From Stegostoma tigrinum (Eukaryota), in assembly GCF_030684315.1 (NCBI RefSeq), contig NC_081389.1:22276648-22340647 (forward strand): a stretch of DNA of 64,000 nucleotides, in the 5' to 3' direction. How positions within the stretch are numbered: the first letter of the stretch is position 1; each line of letters begins with the position of its first letter. The position numbers were made by a program, and so were the translations under genes. The notes under the pieces were generated by a model. It did no database searches and had not been told where the DNA came from. It was given only the letters and a program-made list of their open reading frames with translations. This document shows positions 36,428 to 51,126 of this stretch, piece after piece.

Positions 36428-39400
36428 CTTTCCCATGGCTGACACACTGAACCACACTATGGGACAATTTAGCATGGCCGATCTACCTAACCTGCACATT
36501 TTTGGACTGTGGGAGGAAACCAAAGGACCTGGAGGAAACCCACGCAGACACTGGGAGAATGTGCAAACTCCACACAGACAATCACCCAAGGCTGGAATCG
36601 AACCCAGGTCTCTGGCGCTATGAAGCAGTAGTGCTAATAACTAAGCCACCTCCCTCTCACCCCAACAATTCTGTAACCCTGTGACAGTCACCTTACATGG
36701 AACATCTGCTTTTCAACCCTTTCACCAAAGGGAGCAATTTCTGTTTATCTGTGCAGATGCTTTAAAAATGTTCATCACCTCTAGTAAACCTCTCATGCTT
36801 CTTTACTCTAATAAAGGCCAAACCCAACTTCTCCAATCTACCTTTGGGTGTGGACTAGGAGGGAGACCTGTGCACCAAGGATTCTGCAATCCATGAGGAT
36901 TCCTCATTAGTTGAGTCTGGAAAGTCTTAAACACGGTAAATAGATCTCCATACGTGTCAGATAGGCAAATGACCAAAAGCAATGAGTCTGTTCAGGACTA
37001 CTGTTGCACCACCCAATCTGTTTGACCACGTGATATTATTTGCTTTAGTTCATGTTAGGTTTAAGAATGCTTTTGATGCTGCAACATTGCATTGCAGACA
37101 ATTAGCAACTGAACATTGATTAGTTTCAGGGTAAAATTCGATTCTTTCCACAAGTTCTTTTATTATCTACCATGGATTTGACAGAAGATCTGTGGGGACA
37201 GATGTCAATTCACCTCATCTAGGAGGGTTTCTGAAATTTTGACAGGTGATCGGGACAATTCCTGCAGAGATTTTTAACCCATGTCCCTTCAATACAAACA
37301 GTCCGTTCAAAAAAAATCAATCCAAACCATATTGACAATGAAGGGAAAAGCTAATTTATCTGAATAAACAGTTCATAGCCAAATGAGTAATTTTTTCTGA
37401 AGTATGCTTACTCACGTAGTCAAACACAGCAGCAACTATAGACAGCAAGATCCCACAAAGAGCAACTGAGATAAATTGCCAGATAATCCATCTTGATTAA
37501 AGTTAATAAGTACATATTCTTCTGCAACACTTCCTCCGAAGCATCTCAGAATGTGCTGGCTGTTGCAGGAATACAATTCTGTAGGCGCTGGTTAGCCTGC
37601 AGTTCTTCTCCAAAGTGAGCACTGCAATCACATGTAACCAGACACTGTGTGTTGACCAGGCTGAGCATCATAGCCAAGTTCAACTCATCTCAAGATCACA
37701 TACTTTGGGTAGTGACGAGGAAAAAATAGTCTTGATTTGGCTTTTGTTTTCAAGCTAACCAACAGGTGCTACCGAGTCCTGCAGCTGTCCACTAGCATAA
37801 GCCAACTCAGCACAGATTGGGCATTGTAATATGTGGATTTTCTGGTCATGCTGGCTATAATGGATTGAACCTCAATGGAGCAATAGTTATAAATATTCAT
37901 AAAATTATTAAGGACAAAGAAAGGATAGACTGGAGGAAACAATGACCAGAGGCATAGATTTAAGGTAAGGGGCAGAAGGTTTAGCAGGAGTGTGAAGAAA
38001 AATGTTTTCACCCAGAGGCCGGCGGGAATCTGGAACTCACTGCCTGTAAAGGTAGTGGTAGAGGCAGACATCCTTAAATATTGGAGAAATATTTAGATGT
38101 GTACTTGCAATGCCAAGGCATACAAGACTATGGGCAAGTCCTGAAAAATAGGATTAGAATTGTTAAATGCTTGTTTTTCACTCACACAGACTCAATAGGT
38201 GAAAGGGCTTTTTTTCCTGTGCTGTAGCCTTTAAAACTGAGATGCAAAGTAGTTTCTTTCCTCAGCAGATAGTGAACATCTGGAATTCTGTACCCCAGAG
38301 TTGAGAAGGCTAGACCACTGAAAGTATAGGAAAGAGCCAGGTAGACAGAATTTTGAAACTTTAAAGGAGTCGAGGGCTATGAGAATCTGGAATGAAAAAA
38401 AGAGTTAACGCCTGGGAACAATTAGTCATAACCTAACAGAATGGCAGAGCAAGCTTAACGGGGGTGAATGTCCTAGGCATGCTCCTATTTCTTTTATTCG
38501 CATGTATTTATGTTCTCTGATTCCTGAGATATATAAATTCTGAGACATCAGTTTATGTTTTGAGTACCTATAATCTAGATTTAATTGAGTTATACAGTAC
38601 AGACAGAAGACATAATGTGTGTGAATGAATTGGTTAGAAATGATAATGAATGGGGAACAGGGTCTTGTGGTTTAGGGGTCATGTTCCATCTCAAGATGTG
38701 ATGCGTGAAAGCGTGTCATAACGTGTCCAAACAGATGGATAAAAATAATTAAAAATGGGAAACAGCTGGGACTTGGTGTGGGAGAGCTGCTAGACTGCTA
38801 TAGGGCCAAATGGCTTTTTCTTTTCTGTGCTGTGACCTTTCTTAGATTCTACATGAACATCTTGGTTTCATTGCATAGCACATACCTCTCACGCTTTACC
38901 CAACCTCCTTTCATATGGCAGATACATTAAGGTTACTGCTCTGTCACTCTATGGTTTGAGGTTCACAAATAGATTGCTAAAACGTAGGAATCTTGGGTGA
39001 TTTTGTACAAGAAATGTTTGAGACTAAAATGGTTGGGGACACCAGGAGTGATGTTGGGCATGCATTTAAAGGAACAGAATGAAAGACTGTTGTCCAACAT
39101 AAAATGAATCTTCAGGTACCTCACAGTTAGTACATGGTCATCTTCATCTTGAAAGACAAACTAAAGTCGGTAGAAGGCCACAGCACAAAAGTGTCCCAAT
39201 TTGCTGCACTGTTGTGTACTAAGTTGTACGTAATTTTCAGAGAGGTCAATGACGGTCTAACATGGGAAATTCTGCAGAAGGTAATTTAAGATTGTGACTG
39301 AATCACAAATCAGTTGAAGCAGTGCACAGAAAGCTTTCTTCTGTATTTCAATAATGCCACATCTCGGGTTGGAGTGCTTGCTGTTGACATTGATGTGCCT

Positions 39401-40729
39401 GGAATGGAATATTGTTCAATTTCCCTGCACTCATTCGCTGACCTCAATCTGCCCAAGATTCAGAACAAATAAAATCTTTGGAGAAGATGTTTTACAAAGA
39501 GTTTACAATTTTTCCATATCGGGGTCATGAGGATATAGCTTGTATGTAATAAACACAGGATGACTTTGTTCCCACTTCCATTCCTATGTAAAATAACTGA
39601 ATGTTTAACTAAATCATGGGAAGAGTGAGTCTCAGAGGGTGAGGTTAGTAATGTTTAACCTCCTTGGCTTTTCTCTTAAATAATTAACCCGTACGGTCAG
39701 CATCAAATTACACTACTCATATATAGAGCTGTACAGAAGAGGATGATCTAGAACCAGCACAAATTATTCTGGGGCAGTGATAGAGGTTTCATAATTAACT
39801 CTAAGCTTCTGGCCTAGGCAACGTTTCTGATATTAATCAGCATTGGTTCATTGGATAGCATTCTTGCCTAATAATTCGAAGGTTGCAGATTCAAACTCCA
39901 GTGCATGAACCTTGAATTTATAATTTAGGCTGACATAGTACGGCAGTGCTGGAGGCTTGCAATGAAGCATTAAACTGAGGCACGTGCCTGCTTCCGCAGA
40001 CAGACATGAAAGATCTCAGACCATTGTTTGAATCAGGACAACAGAATTCTCCTTTGGACATATTCATTAATAGAAATAACATTTTTTAAAAAGCACTCAA
40101 AATGTTAAATCATCCCATTGCTGTTTGTAGGGGCTTGTTGTACATCAATTGACTTCTGCAATTCCTTCTTTACAACAGTACTTACAAAGATCTTTAAAAC
40201 AACTGAATTTGAAAGATGCTATATAAATGCAAGTTGATTGGCTCTTTCTTGATCTAGTGGCAGAAAGTGCGCCAGTAATCGCATTGAGTGAGGACAGGAT
40301 CAGCCAATCTCTGACTCATTCAAAACTTAGGCATGGATCATTATAATTCAATTCATCATGCAGAAATCCCACAGTAGAAGGTTCAATATGCGACCCAATA
40401 ACCCTGTCCATTGGTTTTGATAGGGAGCAGACTGAACAGGGTGTAAAGCCAGTGGTGCATCCAATTCATCAGGAGCTAGGTTACATTAAAATTGCTTGCT
40501 TTGTTGTCTGGGTTCACAGAGAGAATGCAGAGAATTAGCATTCCTTGTGTATATTATAACAAACATCAAACAAGTCATTTCAAACTTTGTGCTCGCAGTG
40601 GGCAGCTTCACCTGCTGGAAATGCAGGCACACGTACTTCACGATCTCAATTTCCAGGCAGGCAAGGCTCTCCCACAAGAGTGCAAAGTTGAAGGATAACC
40701 AATTAACACTTTCACACAGTGCAACTCAC

Positions 40730-40924
40730 TTTATTCTGGTTAGGAGCATATGGAGGAGCAGTTTGAACACTGCAGTTAACACCGGGAGTGTTTTGCAATA
40801 TGCGGTAAACTTGCTCGATAACACCCAGAGCTCGGAGGAGGTTCTCCCGCTGCAGTAGCCCACTGAGTCGCTGCAGCTCCTCCTCTTCAATAATATCCAA
40901 CGGTTTCATGATGTCTATGGTATC
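40730..40924 (-). CDS. TTLL13: TTLL13-like exon
   Basis: 195 nt, ttacag| and |gtgagt; DTIDIMKPLDIIEEEELQRLSGLLQRENLLRALGVIEQV resembles the recalled TTLL13 EEEELERMKALLQRETLIRSLGIVEQ motif. Confidence 0.88.
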
Positions 40925-43900
40925 CTGTAAAACGTGCAACAACAACAACAAAAAACTATTAGAAAAGGCCAAATGGACAACTAAGTTCTGGAATTTATGT
41001 GGAGAAAAGTTTTTAATAACCGCCAGACTTACAGCTGTTAATGGGTGCTCAGAACTGAGAATGGTGTTCAGGTTCTAATTTCAGTCACTGACCTTGCCCT
41101 CTGGAGATCTGGGTTCAGCTGTTCAATCTGTTTCACTACTACTGAGAGGAAAAACCAGCCCGCATTGTCAATTTTAATCAGCATTCATTAATTCCTGCCA
41201 GAAAGTTTCTGCATGGACATTAAGTGAAGACTGAGCTTGAAAAGGCCACAATCACTCTCAATGCTCACTGTTAAGAATAGCCAGAATGTTATCAGAAAGG
41301 TCTACTAACAGTATGGAGTTGTACACTAACTTCAAAAAGCAAGCAGCTACGAGACAGGGGATTGAGCTCAAACCCTGCACAATTTACATTTACACACCAT
41401 TAGGATAGCTTACATCTCAAGGTGTGCTGAGTGGAAGTGTGAACCAAAACATGATCAAAGAGCCAACTTGGTGAGTCATTTACAGGTAGGAGAGAAAGTA
41501 GCAACAGTCAAGTAGAAGATAGGAAAAAATGCACAGAGAGCCACAATTTAAGGATCAAAGGATGTAGTAGAATTAAGTGTGGACATGGAGGAATTTTTAA
41601 AGGATGCATAGATTTTGAATCCATTGTGTTAGGACAGGGTGATGGGCAAACTAGGATTACTGACTCCAGGATGGAAGAGTTGGCAATAGAGTTCTGGAAA
41701 AATAGAGCCAGAAACTTGTCAGTAAAAGTAGGATGAGTGTCAACAGCCACAATCATCTCCTGTTTAAGAATGGACGATCTGAAGCAACTGTCTGGAATGT
41801 GATTCCTTTGACATTCTTAGCTTCTGACTAAAGCGAATTTTGCCGAGGGGTTTTAAGGCGGATTGATCACATTGTGTGCTCATGTGAAGGATAAACATCA
41901 GAGACTAACTGAACAGAATGGCTGGTTTCTCTGTTGTAATTAATGAGTATTTCCAAAATCTCTGATCGATTATCAACATCAAATTGACAGTTATCAAATA
42001 CAATGTGAGAATTGGTGCTACACTGACTTATTTCCCCAACTTTTTTTTACCTTATCAATACTAAACCATGCAGCCCTCTAATACATCTTAGATCTAACCC
42101 CATCTTCAGGTGTGAAGTTACTGACAGGATAATCTACTTCAGCAGGATCAATGCAAAGCACGAGCTCAAACAAGAATGAGCAGAACTTTCTTCTCCCTAA
42201 TCCAGGACTACTAAAACTTTCTCAACTACTAAACATCTCTCCAGGTAATTAGTGATGCCCACATCCCCTGAATGAATAAGAGAAAATGGATACAGCCACC
42301 CAGGTCGAAGTATCACAGAACCTGTCACATAATGAAAATACAACATGTACATCAGAAAATCACTAGCAAGATCACCGTGAAGAAATACCAGGAACATAAC
42401 CCTAATTTACTCGGCTGAATCATTAACATTTTCTGCTCTGTCTTATGGGAGGTAGCTGTCCTCCTGATGTCTTTCAATTACACTAAATCAGATCACAAAA
42501 ATAAATTCTGAAACAATATTCAGCCAGAGTACCAAAGCCTTCTTGTTGCACTATCCAGCCAGCATCTGGATTTATTGTATTTGTTACAAAGCATAATTAA
42601 AACAGAATTAGTAACCTGTTGCATTATTTAACAATAACATTTATTGACAAGTGCATAAAGTATTGCACTAGAATTAATCAGATTCTAAAGACAGATCCTG
42701 AAAGGTCAGCTGACAGAGGTGACTGGGATAGGCATTCATTGTCAACTGCTGAGAACTACAACAGTATTAAAACATTTAACATCTTTCACTGGGAAACTTC
42801 ATTCCATTTGTCCTTTTCTAAGTTTTCCAAACATTTTGTACTCGCCAAGGTGAGGATGCTAATAGATTACAGCACTTCCTTGTTGAGCCTATAATGGTTG
42901 CAACAAAAATCCCCAGGCTGGGTGGAACTATATGTAGATGTGGGTACTATCCATTCTGCTCTATTGCATCAATACCTCACGTTTCCATTATGAGCAATTT
43001 TCCTTGATTGAGATTCAATGTAAGTTTTGCCTTGAGAATGCTCAATTCCTTTGATCTCAGATCCTAATAGAGAGCAGACAGGGTACCACTCTCTTCAGCC
43101 TGAGCTAGATTTGAAACCCAGATCCTGTGCGGATACACCCAATGACCTTCCATTCCAACTAGTCCTATGAAAGATCTTAAGGATTTATCAAAGTTTTACA
43201 AGATACCATCAATTTCATCTAACCACTTGAATTTTCCCATTCTGGCCAACTCTTATTCACAAACTAAGGAAATAAGACGAGACTTACATGCACCCATCCC
43301 CTCCTTAATCAAGGCAAAAGAAGTATCAAGTAACAGAGCAAACTCCTCTGATATAGGACAAGACATATACAGGAGTCACCAAATGATAATCACATGCCAT
43401 TGTTCAGTCATGGCATCCTAGTAACTCATGCCTACTAGTTAGTAACAGCCATTAATTTGTTAATTTGTTCTGTTTGAATCTTATGGATACATTTGTGAGT
43501 CACATCCTTAGTGGATAACTTCTGGATTACAAGGCACGAGGACACAATGGCACCCTCAACCTGAGATACATGCCAATGAATGAGAACACAGCTTTAAGCT
43601 TTGTGCGGACAGTCTGGGGCTCCACTGTATGCAAATAGGAGGTGCATACAGACAAAACTTGGATCATCCTCTACTGAGAATAAATGCAAGATCTAGTGCA
43701 CTTAGCCATCCAACCCCAAGTCACTGTTGAATGAGCTCCTTTCAGTTACAGCTGTGATTGAACAATTACAATTGACACAAGCACCACAGAGTAAGGAAAG
43801 AAATAAGGTTCCCAATCCTAATCAATACCTAAAGTGAGGTGCTGGAACATGAGCTGGGTGATTTTGGCGCAACTGTTAGACATCTCTCCAGGGTGGAGAA

Positions 43901-44957
43901 ATGTGACAGGATTGCTGGTGGGGAGCAAGTTAACAACACCCCCTTGCCAACCCTCGCATACTTTTAATGACAGCCACAACATCCAAATAACAACAAAGCA
44001 ATGAAATCCATGAGACCAGCAGAATGACAATGGAGCACGTCTTAGGGCTGTAGAGGCAGAGATATAGCTGTCAGAGCAAACTGCACTTGAGGAGGTAAAA
44101 CAATAGCCGGACGACAAACTTGCATTTATGTAGCACCTTTCAATTGACCCAGAACTTTCAAAGTATTTTACAGGCAATCATGTCTTTGGTGTATTGTCAT
44201 GCTTGTAATGTAGGAAATGCAGTAGCCAATTTGTGCACAGTAAACTTACACAAACAGCAATTTAATGAAAACTCATGAGTCTGGTTTTTAGTAACAGACA
44301 TAGAATAACTCCCCTGCTCTTTTTCAAAACAAGCTAGGGATTAATTATGTCCAGCTACAGTAGTTAGAGCCTGTTTTAATACCTCACCTGAAGGATAACA
44401 CCTCCAACAGTGCACCTGTTGCTCAGTCCTGCACTGGAAAGTCAGCCTGGATTTTGTGGTGAAGTCTCTGTCTTGAGGAGCTGAACCCACAATTTTCCAA
44501 CTCAGAGGCAAAAGTGCCACCCACTCAGCCACAGCAACTGGTGCATGGCCTGACTGGATGATAAGGTGAAAGCAAAAGGGAATCCGGCACAATATTTCAG
44601 CCAGAAATGAAAGGGTCGGGTCTTCCAATATCATTTTCACCCCCTCCTCTGAATAGTTAGTCAAGATTACTCTAAATTAACTGTCTTTGTTACCTCTTTC
44701 AGCGCTGCTTTAATTTTCATGAAATGACATTCCCATACAGGTTGGCAGAATGGTATCAATGACATCTTGATGATACAGACCCAGAAGCTACCAAATGCAT
44801 TGAATTTAATTCCAGAGACCATGATTGCCTTCCAGTCATTAATCATTCACTGTCAACCCATGTACCCTTTTTTATTAGGATGTTTCCTAACCGTACAACT
44901 CCTATTGAGTTGAAAGTTAACAAAGTGCTTCTGATTCCTCCTGTTCACGTAAGTAAC

Positions 44958-45065
44958 CTTGAGATGCTGGTAGCTGGTGACCGCGGCCTGGGCAGTGTGT
45001 CCCATCGACTGCTCTGTAATCATGACAGGTTGACAGCGTAGCAAAGGAGCAGGCGTGCTGGCATC
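44958..45065 (-). CDS. Candidate symmetric (phase 0-0) TTLL13 exon
   Basis: gctttctctcag acceptor; 108 nt open, DASTPAPLLRCQPVMITEQSMGHTAQAAVTSYQHLK; weak AAG|GTTACT donor; unique, relatively CpG-rich sequence. Confidence 0.45.
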
Positions 45066-46924
45066 CTGAGAGAAAGCAACACGTATTGTAACCACTGTGC
45101 TAACCTGTACCTGAGGTGGGCATTGGAGATGCACTCATCACTTTCACTGATCTGTGGGACAGCAGACAGTAGATGGTCAGTGACTCCTTTAAAGCTGCTG
45201 CCATTTGACCCATCAATCCATCCAGACAAATTTCTGCGTCACTTTCTCAGAGATGGAGCCAAATGACTGCATGATGGTTTCATTTTTAATGCATTCTTTT
45301 ATAGGGTGGGTTAGCAGTGGTTGTCTATCCCTAATTGCCTTTAACTGAGTGGTTTGCTAAGTAATTGCAAAGGGCAGTTAAGAGTCAACAGTTGTGGGTC
45401 TGCAGTCACATGTAAGCCAAACTGAGTAAGAACAGCATATCTCTTTCCCTAAAGGACTTTGATAAACACAAAGTGGACAGTAGTTGTTAATTCCAAAATT
45501 ACTAACTGAATTTAAATTCCACCAGATTCCAGGCTCTCCAGATTCCACCTTAGCTCCAGAGCTTGGTGATCCTAGTTCTCTTCCGAAGGCATATGTCCCC
45601 GAGGTGACCAGCGAAGAACTGACAGTGGTGATGACATGTGAAATGACAGGCAGGAAGTAGACTTCTCCATATTTTAGTCATTGTGCTAAAGGAATTTTAG
45701 CAGGTCTGCCAATTTCTGCTGTAACTGCTTACGTCAGGGCTACAATATTATTTCCTTGTCTGAACCCTTGACCATCTGTCACACCCACCAGTGCTGGGCA
45801 CAGACATCACCTCCCATGAGCTGAACTGGTTCTCTGCTGCTGTGCCACCAGTATCTGTTGCTGCTGCTTAATTTAGCCAAATCTTTCACCAGAAGCAGAC
45901 ACTTGTGGCTAACTCTCTAACTCACGTAGAGTACCAACGTCTGAATTTGTGCCTGGGAGTTACGGAGCCTGTAGTGAACCATCATCCTCCAAGGAACATT
46001 TTGCAGTTTCCAGTGCTGGGAAATCCTTGAGGAAAATGAAAAGCAACAAAAGTTAGGGTGACACTGAAGACTGGACTTAAGGGATGACAGTAATAACAAT
46101 GTTGCTGTTGTGAATGATGTTAACTACTTGACCAAGTGAATAAAGGGACATAATTAATTTGCAGATACTCTGCTGTCTTCCCCGATGTTCATGCATTTTG
46201 ACTGGACCAATGTTCTGCTTGAGCAAGACCTGCAGTGTAGGGTACTCCTCCTCCAGTCTTGGTCCTTCATTTGTTCTGCAGAAAGACAGGATGAGTGTCA
46301 GTGAGTTGTTGTTGGAAAGCAAAGCGGAAATATTTAGAGTTCGTATCAGTGCTAGGGTGTGAGAATGCTATGTGGTGTGAAAAGAGCAAAGGAAGAGGTG
46401 AGTGAATTTGGAAAGAGAGTGAACTGTTGCAGTATGTCCACATGAGTTAGCTGAAGAATGTGATGGAGGGAAGGTGGAGTGATGCGGAAGGGGTGATTTT
46501 TCAAAACATCTGGAGAGAATGAAGAGCAATACTCACCCCATGTGCCCTTTGTGTTGGCTTTCTGTAGGACATTGCCATCAATCTTTATTGCCTTTACAAA
46601 GAAGTATAATAAGATACTTGTATGTTTTCTACCTTTGATCCAAGTTTGAGCATGTGGAAAATTTATTCATTTTGGTTAGTAGTCTGAACGAAGGCAATGA
46701 AATGAGATAATAACACACTAACACTTAGGAACTTTGTGTATGATATTTATGCATTAAAGATTCTTAGATACTAAGAATTGCAAGCATGTCGTATTGTTTG
46801 CTTTCACAAACCTTAAATACAGTAGCTCAATGATCCAGATTAGATAAAGGTGGCGCATTTTCTTCCGTGAATGATATTATTCAACTGAATAATTTTCAAC
46901 ATTACTCTAATAATGAAATGGTCA

Positions 46925-48770
46925 CCATTATCATGGAATCATGGAATATTTACAGCACTGAAAGAGGCCCATTAGTCTATCATGTTTGCATTGGCCATTA
47001 AAAAAACCATCCAGCTTGATCCCACTACTCAGTTTTTGGTCCATTTCCCTGCAAGTTACAGCACTTGAGGTACCCATCCAGATACCTTTTAAATGAATCA
47101 AAGGTTTCTGCGTCTTTGAACCCTGCAGGCAGCGAGGTTCCAGACCCCGACCATCTTCTAAGTGAAAAAATCTTTCCTCATCTCTAGACTTTCTACCGTT
47201 CACTTTAAATCAATTCCCATAGTCACTGACTTCTCTTCTACAAGTAAACGGGCCCTTCTCATCCACTCTATCCAAGACACTCACAATTTTATACATCTCA
47301 ATCAAAACACCCCTCAGCCAGATTTGTTCCAAGGTGAACAAATCCAGCCTAACAAATCTTTCCTCATAGTTGTATCATTCCTGGCAATATCCTCATAAAT
47401 CTCCTCTGCAGCCTTTCTGGTGTAATTCCATCCTTTTTGCAGTGAGGTGACCAGAACAGCACACAGTACTCAAATTGTGGCCTCACTAATGATTTCTACG
47501 GTTCCAACTAACCACCCAGCCTTTATAATTATACGTCACCTAATAAAAGAAAAATGCCTTCCTAATCACCTTATTGAACTGTGCTCTACCTGCATGTACC
47601 CATGGAAGTTGCTTGCTCTACATCTCTCAGTGTTGTCCCAATAATTCTGTGTTCTTTTGCCCTGTTTGACCTCCCCAAATGCATCACCTCACACGTGACC
47701 AGGTTGAAGTCCATTTGTCACTTTTATGCCACCTACCTAATCCATTGATATCTTCCTGCAATTAAGACCATAAGACATAGGAGTGGAAGTAAGGCCATTT
47801 GGCCCATCAAGTCCACTCCGCCATTTAATCATGGCTGATGGGCATTTCAACTCCACTTATCCGCACTTGCCCTGTAACCCTTAATTCCTTGCGAGATCAA
47901 GAATTTATCAATCTCTGCCTTGAAGACATTTAATGTCCCATCCTCCACTGCGCTCTGTGGCAATGAATTCCACAGGCACACCACCCTCTGGCTGAAGAAA
48001 TGTCTCCTCATTTCCATTCTAAATTCACCCCCTCTAATTCTAAGGCTATGCCCACGGGTCCTAGTCTCCCCGCCAACAGAAACAACTTCCCAGCGTCCAT
48101 CCTTTCTAAGCCAAGCATTATCTTGTAAGTTTCTACTAGATCTCCCCTCAACCTTCTCAACTGTAATGAATACAATCCCAGGATCCTCAGCGTTCATCGT
48201 ATGTTAGGCCTACCATTCCAGGGATCATCCTTGTGAATCTCTGCTGGACTCGGTCTAGCACCAGTATGTCCTTCCTGAGGTGTGGGGCCCAAAATTGGAA
48301 ACAGTATTCTAAATGGGGCCTAACTAGAGCTTTATAAAGTCTCAGAAGCACACTGCTGCTTTTATATTCTAACCCTCTTGAGATAAATGACAACATTACA
48401 TTCGCTTTCTTAACCACAGACTCAACCTGCAAGTTAACCTTTAGAGAATCCTGGACCAGCACTCCCAGATCCCTTTGTAATTTGGCTTTATGAATTTTCT
48501 CACTGTTTAGAAAATAGTCCCTGCCTGTGTTCTTTTTTCCAAGTGCAAGACCTCGCATTTGCTCACGGTGAATTTCCAAAGTGCAAGACCTCGCATTTGC
48601 TCACAATTAAGAACAAGCCTCATCACCACCTGCCTGAAGACCAATTTTTGTGTCATCAGTAAGCTTCATTATCATGCCCATAATATTTCAGTCCAACTTG
48701 TTAATTCAGACCTCAAAATGTAGGGAACTAGTACTGCAGCCTGTGGCACCCTATTGGAAATTGTAACTGA
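46925..48770 (-). mobile_element. Old CR1 interrupted by a younger CR1 (47768-48603)
   Basis: ORFs 48187-48579 and 47847-48197 are CR1 ORF2 C-terminus; CAATTAAGA is duplicated at 47759-47767 and 48604-48612; the older CR1 continues on both sides. Confidence 0.88.
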
Positions 48771-49087
48771 AAAACTGAAAATATTGTTCCTAAACCATTT
48801 TTGACTTTAAGCATAGTCTCAGCTATTTAAACTACAAAAATAATTAGATTTAGCACACGGATCACAAATTCCTCAATAAGCTGATTTCTACAAATTGTTT
48901 GATTGAATTCAATGATTAGTTAACTTAAAACATGGTGATTAACATGAAGGGGGATGTCCATCCTTTTTATCCAACTATACGGCATCAAGAATCTACCCCA
49001 GATATTTAAAATGCTTGCAGTGTGGTTCCTGCAGTTGGCGGACATCAGCTGAGTGAAATATGCAGTGGTGGGAATTGGCAACAGTAC

Positions 49088-49265
49088 CTCTTTTTTTAAT
49101 TTCCTGTAGCTTGAGTCACCAGGGATTTTTCTGGAGAGTAGATCAAACATTTGTGGCTCGCCTCCTGACTCTCCTTGCAGGCTGGTGTCCTTCGCTTCTT
49201 TCTTCTTCCCCTTTGCCAATTGTTCCTTTGGTTCATTTTTCAGCCGGATCTCCTCCAATTGCTGC
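49088..49265 (-). CDS. TTLL13: TTLL13-like exon
   Basis: 178 nt, phase 2 to 0; (R)QQLEEIRLKNEPKE...LQGESGGE...KLKKE, with the LQGES motif of TTLL6/13; GAG|GTACTG donor. Confidence 0.85.
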
Positions 49266-50937
49266 CTGATGACGAAGTATCCAAAAACCGGTCAATCAAC
49301 AGAGACCTGGCACAAATATGTACATGGCAGCTCTTACACATCACACATTCCAACTACCCAGTGTGATGAAAGGTGTATAATTTTGTATATTAATATCATT
49401 TTTGTATATTAATTTCAACATAGTGGCATGCATGAGTTGGTTACTTTTGTGGAAAGTTTTCTTTAAAATAAAGGGCAGAGTTCATTCCAGAACAGTGACC
49501 TAATCCAGTATGTATCAGAGAGTAGGCGAGTGTGATGTTAATGGAAAGATATTTATGCTATGGTGTTCATGACAGGTACAGTAAATATAGACGACTTAAT
49601 TTATAATTCAGAAGAATTGAGCATGTGCAAATTTCTTTTAAATTCAGTATGAAGCAGGATGTTCGGTTCATTTCTAAGGCACCAGTGTTGAGTTTTGAAG
49701 CAAATTTAGTTTCTCTTCCAGAAGAATGATTCAGGGCAGTTCAGAAAACAATGCACATCAGTAGAAGGGCTATTGTGAAACTTTCAAGCCAGAAAAATTT
49801 GATTAGAAATCTGCAGGTTATTGAGAAGATTTGTGAAGATTTCACATTAGTACATTTGGAAGGGACTCATCAAATTGCTCCCATATTCCACAAGAAAGAG
49901 CCTGGAAGACAGTTAATTAGAACCCCAAATAGTTGAGATAAGGGGAGTAATTTCTCTGTAACAGATAGTGTCAGGAAACAGATTTTGGTTTGTGTTTTGA
50001 GATTATTCTAATTGTCTTATGTATTTAGATAGCGTTGTTCATTGTAATTATTTCTTCTTGTGTGCAATAGACATCGGTCCTGTTAAAGAAAACATGCAGC
50101 ATTATGACTGTCCCAGTGATTGACCATCACAACTAAGGAAACAAATAAAAAGTGACCATCAAACTAGGTTTCATTCTAGGATTCAACTTATCCAAGAGTA
50201 TCATCAGCTGATATCATTACATCAGCCACCCATTAAAGACTTTTCCAGTTAATCACAGCCAGTAAAGGTGAAGGCTTACAATTGACCTTCATGTTTCTGG
50301 ATTATGAGTTGAGAAAAAGAGAGTCAGGCTTGCAGCTCCTGACTGCTCCTTCACGATGGTGTCAATTCTGCAATGACAGCCTGGCCTCAGTGGCACTGCT
50401 TTCATAATCGGAAAGCTTGTTGATATGTACATATGGATGGAAAATTCCCACAGACAAGATCTCAGCAAGAAATTGATGCCAGTGGAACCAGACCACAGGA
50501 TATGTCACACCATCTAAAAATTGAATCTACATAAAGCAGACTGTCAAGCAGTCTCACCAAGCATTTTCCTCTTTAAATAACAATATACTTTAATCTTGCA
50601 TAAATATCTAGGTATGATGAGGGAATTGAGCCATTTCTGTAAAACACTTAGATGCAATGTCATAAATTTGGATAGAAGTGATGCTAGGCAGAGCTGTTGA
50701 GTGGCAAAAGACTTAGGTGTTACTTTCCAACAATCATTGAAGGTCCACAGCCAATGCTGTGTGAATATTTCCAAAGCAAATATAGAGTATTTGCATGTAT
50801 TGACAGGACAATTAAATATGTGACAGGAAATACTATCAGTGTCTATACCATGACAATTAATCAATGCATTTAATAGCAATCAAGAGGCCTCTCCAAGGTC
50901 ATAAATGTCTCTTCAACCAAGTTTGCACAGTCCATAC

Positions 50938-51126
50938 CTGGCACATTCTTCCCTTGCTCTGGAAGCGATTGTTTCTTGAAAGAGTGATCCACTTTGTTTA
51001 AAAAAATTGTCATATTTTTCAGAGTCGGACTTCGGGTAAATCCGATGGAATCCTCCCAGATGTTCCTTTTCATATTTTTCCACCTGCTGAAGCCAGGCTA
51101 ACTGGTGGTTTTCATATTGCTCCCGC
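50938..51126 (-). CDS. TTLL13: TTLL13-like exon
   Basis: 189 nt; REQYENHQLAWLQQVEKYEKEHLGGFHRIYPKSDSEKYDNFFKQSGSLFQETIASRAREECA(R), with the GG(F/Y)xRIYP and SLFQETxAS motifs. Confidence 0.93.

Noticed and set aside
36585-36650. tRNA gene (A/B boxes, GGTTCGATTCC)
   Set aside because: It is the head of a tRNA-derived SINE and continues into the SINE body; the same applies at about 1880-1945.
46210-46256. Possible small TTLL13 exon (TNEGPRLEEEYPTLQ)
   Set aside because: The open frame needs a phase-2 acceptor while the flanking junctions are phase 0; the phase-0 reading hits TGA, and the donor GTCTTG is weak.
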